Below are positions 49,928-59,833 of a stretch of DNA of 59,833 nucleotides, piece by piece. Each line of letters begins with the position of its first letter. Position 1 is the stretch's first letter. Position numbers and translations under genes: made by a program. Origin of the DNA: Negaprion brevirostris (lineage: Eukaryota); NCBI GenBank assembly GCA_030324005.1, contig JARDVH010000099.1:46062081-46121913 (forward strand), written 5' to 3'. Below the pieces are notes generated by a model, which was not told the origin of the DNA, ran no database searches, and worked only from the letters and a program-made list of their open reading frames with translations.

Positions 49928-51534
49928 GATGGAAACTTGGCAAGGGGGAATCAGTAGTAAGGGGAGCTTGTGGAATGGGATTACGGGCATGGAAAAGTGA
50001 AAGAGGAATCCAAAGGAGGACAGAGTGTGTTGTTGGGAGAATGGAGGAGTGGAAGTGGGAATAGCCTAGGATCATATGTGGTGTGGGCTAGGGAGACCAT
50101 GGGAAATAGTCAAGCTAAGAAAATGGAGAGGTCCTACAAGGTGGGATCAGTACAGTGCAGAAATGGATCCCCTTCAAGCAATTTGTAGCAGAGGGAACAT
50201 TCACAATCATGGAGGGGATATCAATTCAGTAGCAGGGATAGGGTCTCATAGGATGGGTCACTGGATCTTACAAAAACTCCATGGATGAATCTAGATTTCT
50301 AGATTCTAAAAGATGTCAAGTAGTATGAGGAGTGCACTGGACTACAGTGTTGAGGATCAGCGAAACAAGCTCAAAGAGACAAATGGCCTACTTCCCTTTC
50401 TACTTTCTATGTTTCTCTGTCTCCAAAAGCATGCGAGTTACCAGGATTGGAGATGGTAGTGGGAGTAGTGCTGTGTGATGGGTGGAGTTTTGGTTGTGGA
50501 CAATGGAAAGAGTTGAAAATCTCACTGCTCATTAATTTTATAGATGAATCCATGGACAACCTCTTCTCATAACATAGTCTGCCTTCTTCAAACAGGTCAG
50601 TTGCTGAAATACCAATGGCTCTTACAACCAATATTCCTGCAACCTGAGGAGCAAGATGAGAGGATGCAACAAAGGAGGGTTCTAGCTGGTCAATAACAGA
50701 GGCTGTAGCAGACAGCACCAGAGGCGGAAGTTGCTCAGGATGCAGCCACCCAGCAAAGGCAGTATAGAAGGCTGGCAACAGCCTCCCTTTTTGTGCAGGA
50801 GGCTCTATTCTTTCCTCCCTGTACCTGCTGCATTGCCAGCTGATGGTGGGTTTCAGCAATGGAAAAATATCCCCATTGCATAATCACACTTGTTTCCCAT
50901 CCACACAGCCAGTGTTTTAAATCCTACTTTGAATCATATGAGAAATGGAAAACAGCAAGAGAGCAGGAGCACTGCACAGTTCCAGGTCTACACAGCACTC
51001 ATAAAATTTTGCCCACTATGTCAATCTCACAATTGATGAGTGCTAGCACCACTCAGTATCTTTACATTACATCAACTATGTCAAGAAAATCATTAACATT
51101 TCAATTATTGTCAATTCAAAAAGTACCTTTCCCATATAATGTACTGAAGCCAAAATTACTTTGAGTTCCCATGGGACAGTCTGTTCCTTATGAACCACCA
51201 TTGAAAAATGTAAATAAAAACAGAAAAAAAATCTTTAAGACATGTAATAAATACCAATGCAACTGGAAAGTATGCACAAACAAAGATAATACTAGAGGTG
51301 GGAGACTATTCTGAGGACAGAAATGCATCAAAGCAGCAGTAGAACAGGAAAAACAACCACTGAGAATGAAATAATCCACACAGAGCATCTACCACTGAGC
51401 AAACAGACAGCATGCAGGGAATGCTAGTACTAGTCAGAGACTATCATTTGTAGACTCAACAGGGGAACAGACTAGGGAAAGACAACAACACCGTCATACA
51501 GATTTCAAACAATAACAGGCAAATGGAGAAATAT

Positions 51535-51900
51535 AAAAACATCAAAACTGGAAGCAGGAGTCGGCCACTCGGCCCTTCGAGCCTGCTCTGCCATTCATCT
51601 TGATCATGGCTGATCATCAAAATCAATATCATGCCTCCCCGCGCCCCCCACTATTCCTTGGTCCCTTTAGCCCCAAGAGTTGTATCTAATTTATTCTTGA
51701 AATTATACAATGTTTTGGCCTCAACCGTGTGGGTTAGGTTGATTGGCCATGCTAAGAAATTGCCCCTTAGTGCCCAGGGTAGTGGGGATTAGTGGGTATA
51801 ATATGTAGGGATATGGGCGTAGGGCCTGGGTGGGATTGTGTTCGGTGCAGACTGGATGGGCCAAAGGGCCTCTTTCTGCACTGTCGGGTTCTATGATCTA
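51535..51900. mobile_element. Minus-strand CR1 tail abutting the 3' half of an HE1-like SINE
   Basis: GAAGCAGGAGTCGGCCACTCGGCCCTTCGAGCCTG (CR1 tail, reverse) switches at about 51727 to GGTTAGGTTGATTGGCCATGCTAA (SINE body). Confidence 0.65.
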
Positions 51901-54877
51901 TCTATATATTTACATGATAATAAATAGTAACAACACCTTAAGAATTAGGCAAACATTTTTTTAAAAAATCTTTTTTGGCTGGTAAGCAGAAAGATAAATA
52001 TAAAATTGGATGCTTAATCAGAAGAGCTAATAAGTGCTTAAACAATGGATGATTTTACATTTGGTAGCAAAGAAGCAATATTAATGAAAAGGAGAACATC
52101 CCACAAATAATTTGCACAAATAATGTGAGCAGCAAAGTAATCACAGTAACTCCAGTGTTTCAGAAAAGACTGTTAACTGACAATTGTCTGCCGTCAGAGC
52201 TTCGAATGACAAGAATGCTACACTTTTGACCAAAGGTACTTAAGGAAATTAGAAATGGATTGTTGTGAATAAGAATATAATACAGAATGATAAACCAAAG
52301 AACAAATAATAATGTTCATTCTTGACTGCGCCATCCTCATCCAATTCCTTTGATCCCCAGTTGGATGGGGCTGACCTCGACTCGTTCTACTCTTACCTCT
52401 AGACAATTGTAGACAAAAATCTCTTGCAATGGCCTCTCTTCCTGTCTGCAATTTTTTATCTTCAACCTCCACCACAAAATCTGTTTTCTTACCATGGGTT
52501 CCATCCTTTTCTCTGGCTACTGTTTCAGGCTGAACCAAACTTCTTGTATACTTGCCATTCCATTTGATGCTGAGCTGAATGTCTGATTCCATGCTTTCTC
52601 CAACAGAAGGTCCACCAAATTTCACATCCATAATATTGTCTGACTCCACCCCTGCCTCAATGTATGTGCTGCCAAAACTCTTATCCATTTCTCTTTGACC
52701 CTGGACACAACTAATCCAATGTTCTCCTGACCTACCTCCAATCTTCCCTCCATAACTTAAGGTCATCCAGAACTCCACTGTATCTACCTGCATTAATCAC
52801 CCTCACTGGCCTACATTGTCTTCTGCTCAACCAACACATTTAGCTGAAATTTTATAGGGGGGCATATAGCTTGACCCTTAGAAGAAATGTTGGATTCCAG
52901 CCAAGCCACAGCAAACAAGACTACTCCTTAGAAATAACATGCTGTGGGTGGCATGTACAAGGGAAGAGTGGAAATTCCACCTCTCAGTGATAGAAAGTTC
53001 CAAGCTCAAGAGCTATCAGCCAATCTGTCCGAACTCAATAGTTGGCACTTCTGGGACTGCAAGTAGATCCATGTGTGAAAGCAGCCATGGCTTCTGGACC
53101 GTATTGGGTTTTAGATGAGAGGGGGTGAGGAAACCTGAGGAGTGGGGAGTTGGGCAGGGATGAAGAGATATGTCTTTGGAGGCCAGTAGGGGAGGAACAT
53201 CATCCTGAAGAAATGCTCCCAATTGGCACAAGGCATCCCACAAAAGGGCTCCTTTCCTTTCCTCCTTTTAAATAGGTTGCTTATAACAACAGCCAGCCTC
53301 TCCCATGTGCCTGTCTAGGCCAGCCAGAGTATGGCATTGGCAACACATCATTGAAGTCATTTGGCTTTTTAATAAGCTCAATTAACTGTCAGTTATTGAT
53401 TTCAAACTGGCAGGTGGGCTATTGATTTTGGTATCCACTCACCTAACATATTATGGGGTACATCTTGGAATGTGTGGGAAGGTGGTGTATTTGCCACCCC
53501 TAATATTTTATATGCACCCTACCCCATCCATCAAAAATAAGCCTGGCGAGGGGGCTGTAAAATCCAGTCAGTCGGTTTTAAAATTATAACTCCTGTTTTC
53601 AAATACTAAAAAAAGGAACGATTTGCATGTATAATGGGCTTCGCAGAACCTCAGGATATCTTAAAATGCCTTACAGGCNNNNNNNNNNNNNNNNNNNNNN
53701 NNNNNNNNNNNNNNNNNNNNNNNNNNNNNNNNNNNNNNNNNNNNNNNNNNNNNNNNNNNNNNNNNNNNNNNNNNNNNNNNNNNNNNNNNNNNNNNNNNNN
53801 NNNNNNNNNNNNNNNNNNNNNNNNNNNNNNNNNNNNNNNNNNNNNNNNNNNNNNNNNNNNNNNNNNNNNNNNNNNNNNNNNNNNNNNNNNNNNNNNNNNN
53901 NNNNNNNNNNNNNNNNNNNNNNNNNNNNNNNNNNNNNNNNNNNNNNNNNNNNNNNNNNNNNNNNNNNNNNNNNNNNNNNNNNNNNNNNNNNNNNNNNNNN
54001 NNNNNNNNNNNNNNNNNNNNNNNNNNNNNNNNNNNNNNNNNNNNNNNNNNNNNNNNNNNNNNNNNNNNNNNNNNNNNNNNNNNNNNNNNNNNNNNNNNNN
54101 NNNNNNNNNNGTACAGTAAGGAAGTCCCCTGTTATCTGCATCCAACAGAACAGATGGGACCTTAATATAACATCTGGAAGACATATTCTCTGACAATACA
54201 TAATTCCCTTGGTGCCACAGTGAATGTTTGTGTTCAAGTTTCTGGAGTGGCTGCAAAACCATGACCTTCTAACTCAGGGACATGAGGTCACCAGCTGAGA
54301 CACGGTTTGACACAAATCTCTGTAGGCTCACCCTTCCCTATTTCTGTGACTATCCCTACAATCCTCCAAAATCTTTCCATTCCTCCATTTCTGGTCTCTT
54401 CCGATTCCCACTCCCTTCACCCCACCATTGGCAGCTGTACTTTAGGCCTTAAATTCCAGAGTTCTCTCTCTAAACCTCTGCCCCTCTATTTCACTTCCTT
54501 TAACTTACCCTGTAAAAACTTACTTAACCAAGCTTTTATTCAGCTAATAATTCCCAATATCAGTGGGAAATTTTGTCTGAATGTGGATCTGAGAAACAGC
54601 TTTGGACATTTTGCTGCATTAAAGGTAAGATAGAAATAAACATTGGTGTTGTACCTTAAAAGGAGTTTAGGTAGGATTATCTAACCTTTGCCTGAAAGCA
54701 CTTGCAGCACTTCAGCTTTATCTTTTGTACTCCACTAGCTGGGGTACACAATTGTTGAAAATGGTCATGTTTATGGAACCTCACCTGGTAGAGTTATTTT
54801 ACTACCTTTGTTCCTCCTTGTCCTCATTTCCCCATCCTCCCCTTCATTTTCACCTTCTCCTTTTCCTTCATCCCATG

Positions 54878-55430
54878 CTTTGATTTGATTTATTATTGTC
54901 ACATATATTATACAGTGAAAAATATTGTTTCTTGTATGCTATACAAAGCATAAATATTCATAGAGAAGGAGTGAGCCCTGAAGTTGATGACTATCCTCTT
55001 CATTTTGTTGACATTGAAGAGGAGATTATTGTCTTTGTGCCAGTTTGCCAGTTTCTCTGGTCAGAGTTTTCCATCCTGCTACCACTGAATTTTAGCAGGC
55101 CGAGTGTGGACAATGTGAACCCCCATTGACAGTTGTACAGGAATTTCTGGCTTTTAGACTAGCACAGCCAGAGAACTGAGCTCTCTCTATCTCTTGCCTG
55201 CACTTCTTCTCATCATTGTTTGAGATCTGACCCCCTACAGTGGGGTCATCAGCAAACTTGAAAATCCAATTGGAGGGGAATTTGGCCACATGGTCTTAGG
55301 TGTATAAAGAGCATAATAAGGGGTTGAGGACACAGCCTTTTGGGGGACCTGTGTTGAGGATAATCGTGAAGAAGTTGTTGTTGCTTATCCTTACTTGTTG
55401 CAATCTCAGGGTTAGGAAGTTCAGAGGGAG
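54878..55430 (-). mobile_element. Rex1/Babar LINE RT remnant with internal deletion and insertion
   Basis: Minus strand GPPKGCVLNPLLCSLYT*...FKFADDPTVGGQISNNDE (RT FADD motif); (TTTGA)n tail at 54878. Confidence 0.75.
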
Positions 55431-56087
55431 GAGCAGAGCCCTGATCTTCTTGCTGCTCCAATATACACTTTCCCTGACGTCCTCCCACTTTCTTCACCAT
55501 CCCCTTCTCCTTCCTCCCCCCTGCCTCTTTATTAAATCCATTTGCCTTTCTTCCAGCCTCTTCCCTCCCCTGCTATTCTTTAGTCTCTCCATTTCTTTCC
55601 TCCTGTCCTCTGGTAACATCTCTCTATCCTTTTCCCTCTATTGCCTCTTCTCTCATTCTTGTGACGCTATCCTTATTCCTACATTTTCCACATCTTGCCA
55701 CATCCTCTTTTTCCCACTCAGTTTCCTGCTCTTTTCCTAGCTTGACACCGATACTGCACTTGTTTATGGTTCCCTACCTCTAAATTTATTAGTGTTTGAC
55801 ACTCAGTGCAATTTATATGGGATAAAAATCCATACTTTTAGATAGATAAATGATTGGATAGATAAACCTGGATGTACACTGTTATTTTTGGACTGAAGTT
55901 TGTTCCTGGGTATTTTTCCAAACAGTAAACATAATGGAGTAGCATTTAGATTAGATTGCACTGGTATTTGCTGCAGAATTCACCCAGAACTGGCCAAACC
56001 AGCACAAAACGATTGAAGAAGTTAAAGTGTTAATTATGGTCAGTGCAAATCAGATCTCCATGGTCTTTATGCTAGTTTAAAAAAACA

Positions 56088-56862
56088 TGATGTGGAGATG
56101 TCGACGTTGGACTGGGGTGAGCACAGTAATAAGTCTCACATCACGAGGTTAAAGTCCAACAGGTTTATTTGGCACACAAGCTTTTGGAGTATTGCTCCTT
56201 CTTCAGGTGAGTGAAGAGTTGTGTTCACAAACAGGGCATACATAGATATAGACTCAATTTACAAGATAAGAACATAAGAAATAGGAGCAGGAGTAGGCCA
56301 TCTAGCCCTTCGAGCCTGCCCCGCCATTCAATAAGATCANNNNNNNNNNNNNNNNNNNNNNNNNNNNNNNNNNNNNNNNNNNNNNNNNNNNNNNNNNNNN
56401 NNNNNNNNNNNNNNNNNNNNNNNNNNNNNNNNNNNNNNNNNNNNNNNNNNNNNNNNNNNNNNNNNNNNNNNNNNNNNNNNNNNNNNNNNNNNNNNNNNNN
56501 NNNNNNNNNNNNNNNNNNNNNNNNNNNNNNNNNNNNNNNNNNNNNNNNNNNNNNNNNNNNNNNNNNNNNNNNNNNNNNNNNNNNNNNNNNNNAACAGGAA
56601 GGGAACACTCCTGCCTCGTGATTGTCAAGGGCTGTCCAATCATTCATTGTCGTAGCATCTGCATGGTCTCGCCAATGTACTGTGCCTTGGGACATCCTTT
56701 CCTGCAGCTTATCAGGTAGGCAACATTGGCTGAGTTGCAAGAGTATGTACTGAGTACCTGGTGGATGGTGGTCTCATGTGAGATGATGGCATCCGTGTTG
56801 ATAGTCCAGCATGTCTTGCAGAGGTTGCAGTGGTAGGGTTGTGTGGTGTTGCGGTCACTATT
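56088..56862 (-). mobile_element. Penelope-like element: GIY-YIG remnant + terminal repeat, interrupted by a CR1 insertion
   Basis: Minus strand CNLCKTC...YSCNSANVAYLISCRKGCPKAQYIGETMQMLRQ*MIG. Terminal repeat at 56088-56265; CR1 tail starts at about 56266 and runs into the gap. Confidence 0.85.
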
Positions 56863-58068
56863 AACATTTTTTAAAATGTAAAACCATCTTTTAAAACTTT
56901 GAAACATTTAAGAATATAAGTTTTGCTGAAAGAAAGAGATTTGCCAAAGTGTCACACATTCACCAGAGCACTTGTGTCCGTTTTCCTGCTTTACGTAGCC
57001 CTCAGTTTGCTTGACGACCCTTCCCAGCCCCCCTTCCCCACCATGCAACTCGTCCCCCTCCCCTACCCTGCATTGCCCCATCCCACTCCCCCACCATGCA
57101 TCCCCCAACCCCCACCATGCAAACCAATCGCCTCTTCCCTCCACTAATCTCTGGTNNNNNNNNNNNNNNNNNNNNNNNNNNNNNNNNNNNNNNNNNNNNN
57201 NNNNNNNNNNNNNNNNNNNNNNNNNNNNNNNNNNNNNNNNNNNNNNNNNNNNNNNCCCCAACCTACAACCCCCGCTCCTTCCTCAATTTTCACTCTGGGG
57301 TCACACTAAGTGTGAAGCATTACAATGATGTCACAGCAGGAAAAATCTGGTTTTGGAAGCATCACTATGGTTTAATTGAAACTGTTTTATTTAAGATTCT
57401 TAATAAAGGCATTGGAATTGGTGTGAGATTATGTCAAATGTCATGCTCGATCTTTGAATCTAAGAAAGAGATAAACTCGCCAATGATGCTGACCACACAA
57501 CACCGCTGCCTGTCTATGATATGCACTGATTTGTCAGAAGCCTGTAATCTGACCTCCAAAATGGTTGCCTCTGCACTCTTCCACCCGGCAACAGGAAACA
57601 CATTAGCCTTGCATGCAGGGAGAAATGCTAATTAGTTTTCTTGACCCTGGCCAACGTTCATCTTAGAAGTAAATGCACAATTTATAACATAAGTGTTTAT
57701 AACCTGATGCTTTCAGCAATTTTATGGGACTTTGAGTGACTGAGCTTACCCTGTGAAGTTGCCATTGTCTCCAACCATGAACACCTTTCACAATCACCCC
57801 AGTGACACAATCTTGTCTCCCTGTGATCTTTAACTGTCCCAAGCCTTTGTCAAGCAGACATCAGAGTAGGCCACATGATCCCTTCCTTTTTATCTAAAAG
57901 ACCTGGTTCCAAAGCACAACAACCTGAAAAAGCTCATAATTGTAATAATAAAAATGCTGCAAAGGTATNNNNNNNNNNNNNNNNNNNNNNNNNNNNNNNN
58001 NNNNNNNNNNNNNNNNNNNNNNNNNNNNNNNNNNNNNNNNNNNNNNNNNNNNNNNNNNNNNNNNNNNN

Positions 58069-58241
58069 CTGCAAAGGTATGAGGGTTAGGCTGATTGGCT
58101 CTGCTAAAGTAATCCTAGTGTTAAGATGGCTAATAGGGTAGATATGTGGGGTTATGGTAATAGGGTCTGGGTGGGATTGTGATCAGTGTGACTTGAGGGG
58201 TCGAATGGCCTTCTTCTGCACTGTAGGGATTCTATGATTCT
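58069..58241 (+). mobile_element. HE1-like SINE 3' half
   Basis: GGTTAGGCTGATTGG...GGGATTCTATGATTCT. Confidence 0.7.
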
Positions 58242-59833
58242 AAAAATTTATGTTTTATTATTAAACCCACTTTCAGTTTTATTAATAAAACTGCACCAAA
58301 TCTTAATACATTAAGGAATACTTTTAAATGCAATTCTTCCAGTACACTCAAATGCATTAAAATGTTGCCCAATTGTGGCTGGTTCATGGCAGATTTTACA
58401 TTTGCTCATATACAAATGAGCTTGAAAGCAAACTTGAGCTGGAATAAATCAATTCAGCAAACTAGCATAGTTTTGAGCACAATTTGTACCTGGATTTCTG
58501 ACCACATCCAAAACAGAAACTCTACCCCAGTTTACCTTAACTCATTTACAGAGTAACACAGATTCAACATTTAAAACTTCTAGCAACATTTCTATATTGT
58601 GACACGGTGGATTAAAGGTATATGATAGAGTACACAATAGAAAGAGACTTAATTTTCAACATAGTATTCTGTCATATTTATTGTCTGCAAAGAATGCTGT
58701 ATACTCTTTCAAAGAAAATCAGATCTCGCCTGGGAACAACTTTGGTATTGAAAAGCCAGAATTTGCAGACAGAACAAAGAAGAACCAACCCCAGTTGAGA
58801 CCTTGAGAAGGAAACAGTAAGAACTAAAAGCTTCCTTCTCTTGTGCATGTAAAATTTATGAGGAGTGGCAATTGCAGTCAGATTACCACTCTGTTTGTTT
58901 TTGCTTACCCAAGTGTGACCTTCCAACTCTGACCAGGTGAGAAATGTGCAGTGTGTTCTTGAGGCCATCCGTCAAGTGCAGCAGAATCAGAGGAAAGGAA
59001 GCCGGTCCCTTTTTTGTTCCACTGGCTGGCATAAAATAGATAAGTTTAAAGGTGCCAGTGAGAACTGGTGGGCTGGGTGGATGGAAAGTGTGTTGGGGGT
59101 TAGTTTGTCAGTGGGATGGAGATTCAGATAGTTAGTGGGGAGGGAGGTTGGAAAGGGGGTGCAAAAGTGGTCAGAGAGAGGGCTTAGCAGGCTATGGGTG
59201 ATTGGGTGTTTAGTGAGGGATGGGATCAGGTGATCTGGGGTCAGATTGTCAATAGTGGCAGGAGTGATATCTGAAGGGGTAATTTGGAGGATCTCTGGGA
59301 GGGATCTGATGGTCAGTGTGTTGATTGGGAAGTCAGTGGGTTGGGGCCAGATGGTCAGTGGGGTGGTTGGGAAGTCAGTGGGGGACGAGTCATCAGTGAT
59401 GTGTATTGAATAATCAGTCAGAGAGAGAGGAGTAAGCGAGAGAGATGGAGCGTAGTTAGTGAATTGGAAGTGTAATCAGTGGTTGGGCGGTAGCCGATGG
59501 TGTCAGAAGAGTGAGTGGGAGCTTGGGTGGGCCATTGGGGGTTGGGAGTATCCACCCAGTCAGAGATGTGATGTATTGTCAGGGGTCATGGGGGTCAGGG
59601 GGAATCCTTCAGGGTTTAGTGCAAATAGTTATCTAGGGGTTCAAAATGATTTTAATTCTTCTAACTTTTCTTGGGTAACTATTCTGCTAAGGCAATTGGA
59701 ACTTTCTGATGTCTTCAGTTCAAATCAGAATATCGGATGGTTCTCACTGCAGAGTAATTGCCTATCAGAAGTTTGAGTTGAATTTCCTGGGCAATTCTCA
59801 TACAGTCTTTGTGTGGGGAGTTCAGAGATGGGG

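Noticed and set aside
52218-52793. 191-aa minus-strand ORF
   Set aside because: No recognisable domain or exon signals. It overlaps what looks like decayed LINE sequence on the opposite strand.
55300-55740. Hydrophobic 146-aa ORF
   Set aside because: Product of antisense LINE sequence plus a CT-rich low-complexity tract.
59060-59620. G-rich TCAGTGGGG-like region as a regulatory G-quadruplex
   Set aside because: Degenerate low-complexity sequence, probably TE-internal, with no supporting evidence.
49246-59833. Next PDE11A exon (VVKFTKSFELM..)
   Set aside because: Searched by eye and not found. It presumably lies beyond the window or in a gap.

Overview
Vertebrate genomic scaffold with many N-gaps. 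The repeat repertoire (HE1-like tRNA SINEs, Deu-domain SINEs, CR1, Rex/Babar, Penelope) suggests a cartilaginous fish (inference). The main gene is the 3' part of a follicle-stimulating hormone receptor (FSHR) on the + strand. It has five leucine-rich-repeat exons (10881-10952, 18661-18738, 19748-19816, 19967-20041, 25700-25894) and the large hinge + 7TM terminal exon (29198-30539). All are joined in frame through GT-AG phase-2 introns. About 17 kb past the FSHR stop, on the same strand, lie two internal GAF-domain exons of a PDE11A-like phosphodiesterase (47605-47694, 49105-49245). I could not find its upstream coding exons in the sequenced part of the window, so FSHR may be nested in a PDE11 intron, or this may be a short isoform, a paralogue, or a scaffolding artefact. 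The rest is intronic or intergenic DNA rich in decayed retroelements, including Penelope terminal repeats carrying minimal hammerhead-ribozyme motifs. Most ORFs in the supplied track are gap or chance artefacts. Human comparisons are from recalled sequences, not a computed alignment.
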